A stretch of 64,000 nucleotides of DNA, from contig NC_135883.1 in NCBI RefSeq assembly GCF_964194155.1, positions 34,596,001 through 34,660,000 of the forward strand. The letters are read 5' to 3'. The number at the start of each line of letters is the position of its first letter. The stretch's first letter is position 1. The position numbers and the translations under genes are program-made. Below the pieces are notes generated by a model that worked only from the letters and a program-made list of their open reading frames with translations, was not told where the DNA came from and ran no database searches. Positions 1 to 13,451 of this stretch are shown here, one piece after another. This DNA is from Cetorhinus maximus. Lineage: Eukaryota.

Positions 1-1010
1 TTTCCTACCTATCTTTGTGTTATCTGCAAATTTAGCTACCATGTCTTCACTCCCCTCATCTAAGTCATTGATGTAAATCATAAAAAGTTGAGGTCCCAGT
101 ACAGACCCCTGTGGGACTCCACTCATCACACCCTGCCAATCAGAAGAAGACACATTTATGTATACTGTTTGCTTTCTGCCAGCCAGCCAATCTCCTATGC
201 ATGCTAATATGTTACCCACTACACCATGTGCTTTTATTTTCCGTAATAACCTTTGATGTGGCACCTTATCAAATGCCTTCTAGAAATCCAAGTACAGTAC
301 GTCTACAGGCTCCCCTTTATCCACTGAGCATGTCACCCCTTCAAAAACCTCTAATAAATTGGTTAAACATGATTTTCCTTTCGCAAAACCATGCTGACTC
401 TTTCCGATTGCCTTGAGCTCTTCCAAGTGCCCAGCTATAACCTCCTTAATGATCGATTCTAATAACTTCCTCACGACAGACATCAAGCTAACTGGCCGAT
501 AGCTTTATGTTTTCTGCCTCCCTCCCTTCTTGAATTGAGGAGTTATATTTGCTACTTTCCAATCTGATGGAACCTTTCCAGAATCTAGCGAATTTTGGAA
601 AATTAACACAGTGCGTCAACTACCTCATAAGCCACCTCTTTTAAGACCCTAGGATGTAATCCATCAGGACCTGGAGACTTGCCAGCCCACAGCTCCATCA
701 ATTTGCTCAGTACTGTTTCCCTAGTGATTTCAATTTCACAAAGTCCCTTTCTCCCGTTCACCTCCTGATTTGCAGATTTTACTGGAATGTTTTTTTGTAT
801 CCTCTATAGTGAACACAGAAGAAAAATATTTGTCCATTTCTTCTGCCATTTCCTTATTATCTACTATTAACTCCCCACTGTCACTCTGTAGAGGACCAAC
901 ACTCACTTTACTTACTCTTTTCCTTTTTAAATACCTGTACAAACTCTTGCTATCCATTTTTTCATTTCTAGCTCGCTTCCACTCATACTTTCTTTCTCCT
1001 GATTAACCTT
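1..1010 (-). mobile_element. CR1 LINE ORF2 fragment (RT region), decayed, runs off window edge
   Basis: ORFs 736-957 and 280-486 give KSLYRYLKRKR..VGPL and SQHGFAKGKSCLTNLLEVFE..VDVLYLDF, typical CR1 RT motifs. Same subfamily as 50394-51990 and 61835-63310. Confidence 0.93.
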
Positions 1011-1630
1011 TTAGTCATACTATTAATATGCAACAAGTCTGCACCTAATTGCATAGAATCATATAGGTCAATGTCTACTTCCCTAGCAGCAGTCATGATG
1101 TCTTCATTTTGAGGCAACCCATTATTCACTCCTTATTTGCCCTACAAAACAAGTACTCTGTTGGCTTTTAGGAGACCAAGATATCCTCTCCACCATGCTT
1201 CATAACACATCTACAGCAACTCTGCAGAGCTGATGCAACAAGTCCCACATGTAAACAAAAGCCATTGTGAAGCACTTTAGTGTGAAGCAAAGGTTTTAAC
1301 ATCTTGACAGTTCAATGATATTCTACATTGCAGTCTGTCCAGAATCTAACATTGTCAAAATTTACTGTATGCTCCACACCTCTACATTCAACACTGGCCA
1401 GTTCGAGTAGGATGTGTAAAGGACAGGGCAGAATGGAATAATTTCTCCCTTTTCCCATTGGTCAACTGACCGCACATGGTGTATTTTTGAGAAGGAGTAT
1501 TTTAACCCCTTGTGCACTGTGACTTTTAAGAATAGATACAAAATTGGCTTTCTGGTAAGCTTAACTCAAAAGAAAGGATAAACGTTCATTTTTCACATTA
1601 CCCAAAACTACGCAACAAACACCACACCTG

Positions 1631-1684
1631 CACACACACACACACAAACACACAAACACACACATAGACAAACACACACACACA
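1631..1684. repeat. (CA)n microsatellite, imperfect
   Basis: cacacacacacacacaaacacacaaacacacacatagacaaacacacacacaca. Confidence 0.9.
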
Positions 1685-1750
1685 AGAAAAGATGATTTCA
1701 AAGATGTAGCATGCACTTAGGTTACTTAAAATCCAGAAAGTCATTATTAC

Positions 1751-1810
1751 CTTATTTCTCCAAGAAGGTCATTGAAAGCATTCCAGGCTTGGATATTCTC
1801 TTTCAGTTCA
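1751..1810 (-). CDS. Candidate host-gene internal exon (60 bp, phase 2/2): ELKENIQAWNAFNDLLGEI
   Basis: Minus strand: acceptor catttttcttcttcag, donor AAG|gtaata. Only one frame is open, and its phase matches exon 6206-6237. Confidence 0.6.
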
Positions 1811-2764
1811 CTGAAGAAGAAAAATGAAGGTCGGAGGTTTCTGGTGATGAACTCACAATGGTTACTCCAGTAATAGCAGGTTTATGGCCTCTGTAATAAA
1901 GATATATCACCTTGCAGATAAAATGAATAACCCCACTTCTCTCCCTATGGTGGAATTTCAGGCATGGTCCTCTCTTGTTCCTGGCAAGATGATTTCCTTC
2001 GGATCCCAGACTAGCTCTCTCTGGGCTGTTCTTAGAATAAATAAGATATTTGCTATCTCAAGCCAGTTTGTCATGCGGTAACAGTATCGATGTTTTCCAT
2101 TACCCACACAAATGGTTGATGGCTAAGCAATTTGTCTCACAATTGCGGATATTTGATACAATTCATGCCTGCTTGTGACAAAATGGTTCCTTCACACCCT
2201 CTTCTTTGTTAGATCTCAAGTTTGCAGACACCAAATCTGGGGGCCAATCTGAGTTTCTGTAAATATCCAGACAACAGTAACTGTAAATTCCACAAGTGAC
2301 CTTTTATCCTGATATCTCTTTGTGGAGGTTCCTCCAAAAAGGACATTTACATTTTAATGCCTGTCCAGAGGCATGTTCAGACATGAGTTAACCCTTGTCT
2401 GTATAGAAACCACAAAAGGAGTCACCTGACCCTGTGGAGTCCATTTTGTCAAGGTAAACCATCCAAATTCCATGCTGCATTTCAAAGTAAAGTGTCCATC
2501 TTCTTAATAGGTTTTATGGGCTTATGGCGTGACCATGACAAATGGTACAATATATTACCTCAGGAGTCATTGTTCAGGAGCCATTGTATTTGACTGAATA
2601 GGACCTGTTTTGGCTACAATAGTTGTTTACAGTTATCTTTCATAGATGATACCTTTTAGTAGTTACCTCACGGAACTTTTCATAAACTGTCCTCCTGCAA
2701 TCTTTCCCATGCCTTGCAAACAAAACTTGTCTATATTGCCATAGCAGCCATACAACTGCATGTA

Positions 2765-2898
2765 TATGGATATGGGGAGTGGGTGACAAAATGGAGTTGA
2801 AGCCCGAGATCAGCCATGATCGTATTGAATGGCGGAGCAGGCTCAATGGGCCATGTGGTGTACTTTTGCTCCTATTTCTTATGTTTTTGTATTCTTGC
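2765..2898 (+). mobile_element. CR1 3' UTR tail fragment
   Basis: gatcagccatgatcgtattgaatggcggagcaggctc...ctcctatttcttatgtt matches the 3' tail of the CR1 ending at ~60891. Confidence 0.85.
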
Positions 2899-3031
2899 AT
2901 TTTTCTTTAATAAATGAAGCTCTCTGAACATACTGCAACTTAAATGCCACCATGTATTCTGTTCATCAGGATCTCCATATTCTTCACCAGTTCCTTCTTT
3001 CTCTCCACCTGCTTCCTGCTCCTGTTCTTTT

Positions 3032-3648
3032 GGGCCAGATTTTCAAAGCGGGGTCATGAACCCGACACCCAGAAAGAATCCTGGTCCTGGACCCCACACC
3101 CGAGCTGTGTCACTATTGCAATGCAAATTTAAAATTTAAATAATCGGCCAGGAGAGATGAGGATTGCCTCAAGGAGGCCAGAGCTGCCTGCATGGTGCCA
3201 GAAGCAAAGGCTGACAGCAGCCATGATAGGGGCTGCCGTTGCCTTGCCAAGTAGAGCAGGCAGCTCCTTAGAAGACCAGGAGCTGAAGCATGAAGGGAAG
3301 TGGCCATTGAAATGAATTTAAAGTACAGTGCTGGGGGTGGTGCCATCCTTCTTCAATTTTTAATAAATAAAAATTCCAAACATCCCTGCGATTAATCCGA
3401 CATGAGCGCTAACATGTTCGGGCTCGCTGAAATAAAGATTGAAAATCATGATCCTGACCACTCACGCTCCTTAAGGAGCTTAATGGCCCAGTAATTGGTG
3501 GTGAGCAGGTTGCCCATTCGTTCCTCCCGGTGACATCTTTGAAAATTTGAAACTGTCCCGGAGGTGTCGGAATTCCTACACTACCTCCGGGACCACGATT
3601 TTCAAATCGCTCCCACAGTAGGTCCTGATCTACTTGAAGATTCTGCCC
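3032..3648. mobile_element. Harbinger-type MITE
   Basis: Termini gggccagattttcaa / ttgaagattctgccc (imperfect TIR), TTT on both flanks (3-bp TSD), no ORF. Confidence 0.7.
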
Positions 3649-4694
3649 TTTGTGCCCGTGTTTCATCTGGTGCACTCTCTTCAAACTCACTAACTAAATT
3701 CTCCTGTAAAGCGGACTGATTTCCAGCCATTTTTAAAAAAGCTTCCGCTGGTCCTGCCATCTTGCTCCCCCTAGGTGCTATATCTTTGTGTCCCCTTCTA
3801 GGGGGTGATGAGATGAAGCCATTCTAATGCAGGTGCCCACAGGAGCTATTACATTAGCTGACCCCACCCTGACTTTGGTAGTGCATTGAAGGAATAAGCC
3901 TGAAGTTCTTGTTTGGGCCAAGACCCAGCTAGGGTGGGCCTCTGCTCAAAGTACTGGAAAATAAGCTTCCCCTGGATTCTGCCCCTGTCTGTTAGCTCTT
4001 GCCATTTTCTCGTGGTGGGTTATTGGGTGGTTTTCCCTACTGCTTATACTAAAGAGACATCCTGGTAATTCCATACTTCAAGCACTTACGGCATTAGTTA
4101 AACTCTTGACTGATATCTGGTGTGAATCCAACTGAGGCCCCTGAAAAGACCCAAATCTTACCAGAAGTAAGGATGTCAGTTCCCTCTTGGAATGATTACT
4201 GGTTATCCTTGGTGGAGCCATTGTGTAGCTCTCTCCCTCTGTAAGGAGGGAGGTGGAGCATATTGTGATAAGGACAGGTTGGAATCTGGGGTGGTGGGCT
4301 GTGGATGCAATGGGTGAGGGACAAGTAGGTAGCAGTGACTGTCTGCAGAGTGAATGTGGGACCATGAAATGAGATTTGCTGGGTTCTTTAACAGGCTTGG
4401 CAGGGCATGACATTTTGGGTAGGTTCATCAATTTAAAAATGATTTTTTTTTTATTTTAGTAATAAACTTGTTAATTGCAACCACACAGGGTAACCTCACA
4501 ATTTGCAATAACACAGGTGCTTTTATAAAGCAGAAAGCAATGCAAATCAAGTAGTCTCATGCATAACCATCTTTATTTCACCCAAAATTTTGCACAAAAT
4601 CTTACAAGGACGAATACAGTATAACATTATAAAAATTACAACATCTTAGACATCTTAAATTGGTGAACACAGTATAACATATAGAAAAAAAATT

Positions 4695-5043
4695 CCATTT
4701 ATATAGTACTTCAGGATGTCCAAAAGAACTTTACAGCCAATTAAATACTTTTGCAGTGTAGTCACAGTTGGAAACATGACAACCAATTTGCACGCAGCAA
4801 CACCTACAAGCGGAAATCGGATAATAACCAGATAATCTATTGTTTCTTAGTGATCTTGGTTGAGGGATAAATATTAGCATGAACACCGGGAAAACCTCCC
4901 TGCTTCTCATCTCACCCAAATGGTGCCACTTCTGACAGGGCAGTGCTCCCTCAATTCTGTTGTAAAACGACAGCTTGTGCTCAGGTAGTTAGAGTCGGTC
5001 TTGAGTAACTCAATGGCAACAGTTTTACTGTACCGGGGCTGAC
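4695..5043 (-). mobile_element. Deu-domain SINE (SacSINE1/AmnSINE-like), decayed
   Basis: Shares accagataatct..gtttc..ggttgagggataaatatt..caccggg core with the copies at 30770-31223 and 52460-53051. Confidence 0.7.
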
Positions 5044-6205
5044 ATCTAGACTAAAAAAAATACTAATTTTCCATTGATTTTTGTTGTAAAGCAAAGAATC
5101 ATAGAAGACTTCAGAATGTCTTAAGGATAAATGTAATATAACCTCTTAAAAATAAAAGTGCCCTGGGCTTGTGAGAATTTTTATCCTGCAAATGTAATTT
5201 CTTTGGTGGTGATCAGAAGTCATCAAGCTCTGTACTTTCCCTTCCAGTGCGTAGAATTCATCAAACATTTCACTATCTTTTGAATTATGAAGAACACAGT
5301 GTACAAAATCTACTTGCCTAACTTATGGAATTTCCAGCCCAGGCACACCTCTTTCATACCTTTGGCTGCCTCTGTATCTTTTTGTGTTGGGGTGGTGAAG
5401 TATTCGGATCCCCAAGGTAAATGACTTTTGTAACACCTGATCTCCAGCATTCCTCCCCCAGCCCTGATCTCCAACCTCCTTCACTCAGCCCTGATCTCAA
5501 AGCTCCCTCCCCTCAACCACAATCTTCAGCCTTCTTTCCCCAGTTCCTGCAGATTAGTCTGCCTGCAGACACACAGCTTCACAGATGCCAATTGAAGTTT
5601 CTTCCTCACTGGTGTTCCCAGAGTCAATTGTAATCGATCCCGAAGGACTTGATTGCCATTTGGTTTCTTCTTCGTGGGGCCCACTTGTGGCCCAGGATGG
5701 CACGTATGATTCCTATGGGCATATGTACTGCTGGTATATCTGGCAGCTTTCCTAAAGGAGCCAGGGTACTTCACTTGATAAGCCCGCTGAAAGAAAAATG
5801 AGGACAGAGGTGGGGGAAGGGATGAAGTTGAAGACCCTGGACTCAGCTGTCAGAATTTATTGCAGCAAGTATTGATGGATGGAAACTCAGTGGAGATGGG
5901 TTTATCACTGCAATTACATTTGAACTCTGCCCCATGAAAGAGCTGAATTTCTGAGTTAATATTGTTATATATTGGCAGAAGCAAATTTTAAAAAATGAAA
6001 TACTTATGATTTAATTATAATAGTTGGCAGCATTATAAATTTTAGGCCAAGTACACATAAGGAATAGCAACAACCCACTGGCCTGCAGATACTTGAGTTG
6101 CTGACAAAGGGTAACAGTAACTTGGTACTGGAAATAGATTTAAATGGCTATATTAGAAAGCAGCAAATAATGAAACTTCAGCAACTTAAGTTGGTGAGCA
6201 CACAC

Positions 6206-6237
6206 CTTAATTTGCTTATGGATGTCAGTGTAGGCTC
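6206..6237 (-). CDS. Candidate host-gene micro-exon (32 bp, phase 0/2): EPTLTSISKL
   Basis: Acceptor ctttctgattccttcag, donor AAG|gtgtgt. Bridges the phases of exons 7078-7267 and 1751-1810 exactly. Confidence 0.45.
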
Positions 6238-6788
6238 CTGAAGGAATCAGAAAGGTAAGGTTGTTCGTAAGCATATATGAATGAGCTAGCTAATTTTAAA
6301 AAACAGTACTTTTAATCACCTTTTCTGCCATGTAATATGCAAAATTCATGCACAATTTATGTACAAATAAAAATAAACAACATATGTACAACAATGTGAT
6401 GTTAACTTATTGTGAATGCTGCATTATTATGTAGCTTTGCAAATGCTTTGTCATTTGATTCTAATGTCTGCAATATACAGTTGGCATTAGGAAAGATGTA
6501 AGGGTATTGTTGTACAGTGGCCGAGTTATACTATTAATGATAGAGTTGATCTGCAGACACTTGTTGGGTGGAAACATTAAGTTTACTTACAATATACTCA
6601 GCAGCAACTGCACGTATGCTTTCAACTCCAACTCTATCTGTACACTGAATGCTGAGGTAGCCTGCACAAGTCTCCTACTGGTTACTACAGATCATGTGAT
6701 CTTGCATAACAAGTATTATTCTTCAAGGTACATTACACACTAAATAAAACCATAAATAGTACAGGTATACTTTTTGATCACGTTCATG

Positions 6789-7061
6789 AGGGTTGAAATT
6801 GGTCTACGTCAGCAGTGCAAAATGGACTTGCGGTGAATCAACGGCCTGTTATACGTTGTGCCCATACACTGGGAAAATATTGCCAAGATTTTTAATTTCA
6901 AACCAAGTAAAAGTGACAGTGAGGCTAGGGAATGTGTCTCCAAAGATAATTTGAACTATGGTTCTGTGAACTTCAGTGCAAAGATCAGGTGCAGTGAAAA
7001 ATCGGCGGCTGATTTGCTAAGAGGCCATTTGTGCACTGCTGGATAGACAAATTTCACCCCC
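6789..7061. mobile_element. Short Harbinger-type MITE
   Basis: TIR agggttgaaattggtcta / tagacaaatttcaccccc, with ATG on both flanks (3-bp TSD). Confidence 0.75.
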
Positions 7062-7077
7062 ATGATGTTTCAGATAC

Positions 7078-7267
7078 CTTACTGTGGGTCAGGTCTTTGA
7101 AGATCTCTTCTTTTAAAATCGCATTGGTCTCAAACAATGAGCAGACCTCATCAAATTCAGAACAAAGTTTTGTGTACGTTTGAGTATGCAATATTTGAAG
7201 TGGTGTAAGGAAAGTCTGAATGAAGGCACACTGAGAGTTCACAGCTAGTATCTGAGTAAGCAGGGTT
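7078..7267 (-). CDS. Candidate host-gene exon (190 bp, phase 2/0): TLLTQILAVNSQCAFIQTFLTPLQILHTQTYTKLCSEFDEVCSLFETNAILKEEIFKDLTHSK
   Basis: Stop-free 63-codon helical-looking frame in non-repeat DNA. Acceptor ttgttctcctcgttaatcag, donor AAG|gtatct (alternative A|gtaagg 5 nt earlier). Confidence 0.65.
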
Positions 7268-8067
7268 CTGATTAACGAGGAGAACAATTTTCATGCTGGA
7301 AACCTTTTGAAAACCGTACTGATAGGAGCAGCGCCACAGTTCATTCTTCTATTGTTCATTTCAGAGGATACCTGAATTTGAAGTGCGAATTCCTCACTTA
7401 CATTTTACCTAATCCCTGATAAAGACTTTATAACAACTTGACCATGACATTGGAAGTACATTTACTTCCGCAACCCTACTGCTAGAACTGTGCTGTATTT
7501 TCCTTATCATTTTAACTCAGTATTCAAGGCTGGAAATGTCCTGCTATAATGCAGAGGGCCTGGTAAATCTTTGAACTATGTCAGGCAACTGTTATCATTT
7601 AAGTGGTTCATGTTCTATCAAGCTTGATTCTAAACAGTAACATAACATGTTGACATGAAATTTTCTTTTTGTAAAAATGTGATAAGGATTGGAGGAGAGG
7701 TTTCTATTTCTGAAATTAATGGGATAGAGGAGCCCCTACTGTTCATTTTGACTACACTGCTGCTGTTCCAAACAGAGGTTCAGCCTGCACAGTAGACTAC
7801 ATTGACTGCCGTCAGAATAATTGACAACAATTCTTGCGAGCTCTATGCATGCGGAAGATAAAAAATTATTTTCCTTCGTTCTTAGGCTGGGTTCCAAAAC
7901 TAGTCGTGGTCAATTTAAATTTGTCTGCCTTTTAGTTTATTCGTGATCAAAGTGGTGCAATTAGTCAATGTTCAGACATGCCAGCCAGACATAAAATTAT
8001 TTCAAACCAATGTCTTTTCTGGTTAAAGTAGACACTTGTCAGTATTATTTTAAACAGGCTTGGAGTA

Positions 8068-9680
8068 AGAACATAAGAAATAGGAGCAGGTGCAGGCTAT
8101 TTGGCCTTTTGAACCTGCTCTGCCATTCAATAAAATCATGTTTGATCTGTTGGTGGCCTTAACTTCACTTCCTTGTCTGGCCCCCATAACCCTTGACTCT
8201 CTTGTAGATTAAAAATTATCTTATGCAGCCTTGAATATATTCAATGACTCAGCCTCCACTGCTCCCTGGGGAAAAGAATTACAAAGATTGATAACCCTCT
8301 GGGAGAAGAAATTTCTCCTAATCTCTGTCTTAAAAGGGAGATCCCTCATTTTGAAACTGTGCCTCCTGCTTCTAGATTGCCTCATAAGGGGCAACATCCT
8401 CTCAGTATCTACCCTGTCAAGCCCCCTCAGAATCAGTTGTTTCAGTAAGGTCGCCTCTCATTCTCCTCAGCTCCAATGAGTATAGGCATAACCTGCTAAA
8501 CCTTTCCTCATAAGACAACCCCTTCATCTCAGGAATCAGCCTAATGAACCTTCTCTGAACTTCTTCCAATGCAAGTATGTCCCTCCTTTAGTAAGTAGGC
8601 CAAATCAGGATGCAGTATTCTAGGAGCAGAATTTTACATTGCCCTGCCAGTGAGTTTGCAGGCATGGGATGGGAGGGTGGCATTAAATTCCTTGGATGCA
8701 CTTCCCACTAGCCTCCAGCCCCCTGACCTCTCTGCAATTTTATGGTGGGCAGGCAAAGCTTAGGCTGGCCCGCCACCCTTTCCATAAAAAGGCTAATTAA
8801 TAACCACGTGAGGCAATTTCCTGCCCAGCCTCAATTTTCAGGCTGGCAGGAGCAATTCAGGAGCAAAGGGAAGCCTGAAAAATACCTGGTTCAGGCCTTG
8901 GGCAAGAAGTGGGTAGAGAGGCACCTCCATCAATGGCCTACTTTCAACATTGGGGCACCCTCCCCCCACCCACCCCCAACAAGGTCTGTCCCCTGTAGGT
9001 GCCTCCCCAAACCCACTCTCCCAACCCCTGGCCTCACCTCTTTTCTTCTCCCCTCCCCCTCACCCAGGCCTCGCCTTCCCTCCTCTGCGCTTCCCTCCCC
9101 TCCCCACTTTGAGGCCCCCACACTTATCTGGCCCTGAACTTCAGGACATAGACTCTGGGGACTGCTCGTAGTCCCAGACACTGTATCTTCTGGCACTGCT
9201 AGGTCTAGAGAGCTGACAGCCAGTCAAATCGGCTGTCAGCTCTCTGAGTCGGGTCTTCCTCCTGAGTGAGTGGCTGAAGTCTCACCCTCAGCCAATTAAC
9301 GGTCCTTGCAGTGTGATGTGTTCTCCACTGACTCTTCGGGCAGGGGGCCAGGAAACCCTGCCTTCCGAAAAATCCTGGCCTAAGTGTTCTCACCAACTCC
9401 CTGCACAGCTGTAGCAAGTCTTCCCCACTTTTACACTCCATCCCCCTTGCAATAAAGGCCAACATTCCATTTGCCTTCCTAATTACTGGTAGCTGCATGT
9501 TAAATATATGTGATTCGTGTACAAGAACACACATCTCTCTGTGCCCACAGCATTGTGCAGTCCCTCTCCATTTAAGTAACATTCTGCTTTTCTACTCTTC
9601 CACCAAAGTGGACAACCTCACATTTTGACACATTATACTTGGTTCTGCCAAATTTCTGCCCATTCATTTAACCTATCTTT
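8068..9680 (-). mobile_element. CR1 3' fragment split by a MITE
   Basis: CR1 tail (aagaacataagaaataggagcagg) at 8068. VLVHESH..IRKANGMLAFIARGMECKS in ORF 9205-9582. CR1 resumes at 9381. Confidence 0.88.
8624..9380. mobile_element. Harbinger-type MITE inserted in CR1
   Basis: Termini gagcagaatttt / aaaatcctggcc, flanks TAG/TAA, cleanly interrupts CR1 coding sequence. Confidence 0.75.
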
Positions 9681-10599
9681 ATACACGGAACGTTTGACGT
9701 TTCTGAGGGTGATTCCATGGCCTGGTGCTCCCAATGTAAAGTCCCACTCGCAGGAAATGCACGTTGGGAATTTTATATGTGTAAAATAATAAGACAATGC
9801 TACTGTTTTCGCTTTCATTCCTTGACACCAGTAAAAAAAAATTTGGTTTTTGATGCTGGTTTTAAATCAATTTTGCAAAAAAGCTTGAAAGCGATTACAT
9901 TTCAAAGGTGACCTGAATTGTTCACTTCCTTAATCAGAACTCTTTGTCCAGATTCCAGCGAACTCTCTTGTGCCCCCATTAAGATTTTCCATGTACTAGT
10001 TTCGTTTCAAAAGGCCACCAGAACTTTCAACTGCAAGGTCCTCACGTGACATTTTTTTTTCCCAAATTCCTGATAAAGGCTTATGATTGTATTAGTGATA
10101 TTTGAAGTGGGACATTGTGTGATAACAATGTAAAAGGAGCTTATAAAAGTTTATGTGAACATATGTAATTAAGAACCTTGCTTCTTGCGTGCATTGCATC
10201 ACACCAGTTAAAGGCATCGTGAGAGGTTCATGTATCCAAAGGGCACATCCAAAGGGCAATTAGTGATAAGCACTCAAAATATCTGATCGATTAAATACGA
10301 ACAAATCAAAAATGAACAAAATGTACCAATAAGACAGGAGTGATGTTAAGAAAACCTACCAACAAATTGTTCAATATTCCCCAACTTAATGCTGCAACAA
10401 AATCAACCAATCAAATTGCTCAAATGGCTGCTTCATGTTTACAGCTTGCATTTTCCTTCTTCATTCAGCTTACAGTTAGAAATGACATTTTGATGTGCTT
10501 CTTGTTAATGAGATAATTTGAAAAAAAATGTTGATAAATATACCCATACATACCTGGGCTTAAAGCTGCCAATTTCCAGCTGCCATGAAGAAATTATGT

Positions 10600-11170
10600 G
10601 GGTACACATGTGCATGGACTTTCAAAAGGTGTTTGATAAAGCACTACACATTGAGCCTATTAGCAAACTCGAAACCCATGGGATAAAATTGACTAGTGGT
10701 TAAAAAAAAAGAGTTGTGGTGAAGGGAGGTATGCATTGGTGTTCCCCAGGGCTCAGTACAAGGCCATTGATGTTTTGACATACATTAATGCCTTGGACCT
10801 GGTACAGGACACAATTTCAAAGTCTGCAGATGACACGAAGCTTGGAAATGTAGTTAACAATGAGGAAGACGGTAATAGACTTGAGAGGAAATAACCAGAC
10901 TAGTGAAATGGGCAGGTGAAATTCAATGCAGAAAAGTGGGAGGTGATACACTTTGGTGGGAAGAGTGTGGACAGACAATACAAGCTAAATGGTACCAATT
11001 TTATAGGAAGTGCAAAAACAGAGACACCTCAGGGTGTTTTTGCACAAACCTTTGAAGTTGGCAGGGCAGGTTAATGAAGCAGTTCACAAAGCATATGACA
11101 TCCTGGCTTCGTAAATAGAGGCATAAAGTATGAAAGCCAGGAACTTTTGCTAAATCTGTATAAAACATGA
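10600..11170 (+). mobile_element. Old CR1 RT fragment
   Basis: MDFQKVFDK motif, gttccccagggctcagt (VPQGS) and gcagatgacacgaag (ADDTK). Confidence 0.8.
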
Positions 11171-13352
11171 TCATTATGCAAACCTCAACTGTTGTATACT
11201 GAAGTGCACCTCCAGATCGGTCCAGACGCCTGAAGCACATTTTGAGCACGTCAATCACTTATTGCTCAGTAACACATCTCGTTGTCATGTGGCTGGCACT
11301 ATCCTGCCTCTGGGCTTCAGTGATAGGATTTCTGATTAGTGTCACCAGGCAAGTTTGAATGGATTTCTTTACTTCCTTGAGGTCAGGGAGCTTGGACTGA
11401 TGCAGGGTGAAAGCATCGTGGCAGCTCCCTGGGAATCTGGTGCACACTTACATAAACTGCTTCTCATGATTGCACACCCCAGATGCACACCCCAGATACA
11501 TAATGACAGAATGGAAGAAGTGAAGGTGATGTTGACATAATTGCTAGTCATGGCAAGGATACTGTCACTGACATGCCTTATGCATTTGTGTGCAATTGAC
11601 TGGAAGATCCTAGACATGTGTTCAACAGCACTTTGGAGGAAGTCAAAAGCAAGAAATTTGAGGGTGGTCATCACTTGCAAAGCCACTGGCAATGTGTGGT
11701 CATGAGGTCAAGTAGGGAGCAAGTCTTTTAGCAGGTTGCAGATGTCTGCTACCTCTTGACATGACAATCTCAGCCTCTGGAAGCACTGCTGTACCGCAAG
11801 GTCCAGGAAGCTGAGTCTCTGCCTGTACACCCTGTAACATGGGTAGCGTTTCTTACGAACTCAGCCCTCCTGGGGGGTAGGATTAGTAAGTTTGCGGATG
11901 ACACAAAGATTGGCCGGGTGGTTAATAGTGAGGTTGAGTGTCTTGGGCTACAGGAAGATATAGAAGGGATGGTCAAATGGGCAGATAAGTGGCAGGTGGA
12001 ATTTAACCCTGAAATGTGTGAGGTGATACACTTTGGAAGGAGTAATTTGACAAGGAAGTATTCAATGAACGGCATGACACTAGGAAGTTCTGAGGAACAA
12101 AGGGACCTTGGTGTGTGTGTCCATAGATCTCTGAAGGCGGAGGGGCACGTTAGTGGGGTAGTGAAAAAGGCATATGGGACACTTGCCTTTATCAATTGAG
12201 GAATAGATTACAAAAGTAGGGAGGTCATTTTGGAGTTGTATAGAACCTTGGTGAGGCCACAGCTGGAGTACTGTGTGCAGTTCTGGTCGCCACATTATAG
12301 GAAGGATGTGATTGCACTAGAGGGGGTGCAGAGGAGATTCACCAGGATGTTGCCTGGGATGAAACATTTAAGTTATGAAGAGAGGTTGGATAGATTTGGG
12401 TTGTTTTCATTGGAGCAGAGAAGGCTGAGGGGCGACCTGATCGAGGTATACAAGATTATGAGGGGCATGGACAGGGTGGATAGGGAGCAGCTGTTCCTCT
12501 TAGTTGAAGGGTCAGTCACAAGGGGGCATAAGTTCAAGGTGAGGGGCAGGAGGTTTAGGGGGGATGTGAGGGAAAACTTTTTTACCCAGAGGGTGGTGAC
12601 GGTCTGGAATGCACTGCCTGGGAGGGTGGTGGAGGCGGGTTCCCTCACATCCTTTAAAAAGTACCTGGATGAGCACTTGGCACGTCATAACATTCAAGGC
12701 TATGGGCCAAGTGCTGATAATGGGATTAGGTAGGTAGGTCAGGTGTTTCTCATGTGTTGGTGCAGACTTGATGGGCCGAAGGGCCTCTTCTGCACTGTGT
12801 GATTCTGTGATTCTCTAGTGAACACATGAAGGTCCTTCCGCAGAAGGCTGTTACTGCATTCAGCTTTTCATCTGAAGGCCCCAACAGCCTTGATCTGAGT
12901 CTCAAAATTGCCCAAGTGCAGAAACTAACCAATCACTAAAATAATTCTGAATAAACCCTTCCCCAGTGGATGATTTTTTAAAAAAAGCAGATGTGAGCAC
13001 TGAGTCTTCATTGATGTTTTGCATGACTTTCATTGAACGGTGTGAATTTTCGCTGTGTTCTCGCCCTAGTTTCAATGGCATATTTCAGAAAGCCTGGGAA
13101 ACCTTTGGATGTTCTGTTAATTTCAGATGTAATTTGAAATATCACTACAGTGAAATGATTAGCATATTTAAATTGGCTACTCTCTTCTCCGGAGGGGCTA
13201 ATGTGTAACCTGCTGGTTACACTCGAGTTAAACCCAGAAGCTGATGTGCTGGCGCTGGCTTCTGGATGTGAAAGTATTTTTGGCTACTTTAACTGCACTC
13301 CTCCCCAAACCCCAACTAAGCCCGAGCACTGCTGCATGTTAAAATTGCCCCC
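11170..13352 (-). mobile_element. Harbinger relic (HARBI1-type transposase), interrupted by CR1
   Basis: Minus ORFs: PVALQVMTTLKFLAFDFLQ..SIAHKCIRHVSD, CTRFPGSCHDAF, IDVLKMCFRRLDRSGGALQY. TIR-like gttaaaattgccccc at ~13352. Confidence 0.8.
11874..12815 (+). mobile_element. Young 5'-truncated CR1
   Basis: ISKFADDTK..WADKWQVEFNPEMCEVIHFG and LYRTLVRPQLEYCVQFWSPHY..FFTQRVV, ending in tail ctgtgtgattctgtgattct. Confidence 0.95.
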
Positions 13353-13451
13353 ATTGTGACAGCTGGGCAGTATCATTCATGACCACAGTGCAGCATAAGC
13401 AACAGAAATAAATATCAAAAATAAAAATCCTTGCACGGCAAGAAACAAACT

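Noticed and set aside
1-720. Segmental duplication with 51270-51985
   Set aside because: Similarity is confined to CR1 sequence with different truncation points and flanks, so these are independent copies.
1020-2760. Cys/His-rich minus-strand translations suggesting a KDZ/Zisupton relic
   Set aside because: Many stops and no diagnostic motif, so it cannot be supported by eye.
5143-5276. Extra host exon (SEMFDEFYALEGK or DKNSHKPRALLFLR)
   Set aside because: Weak splice sites and phases that do not fit the neighbouring exons.
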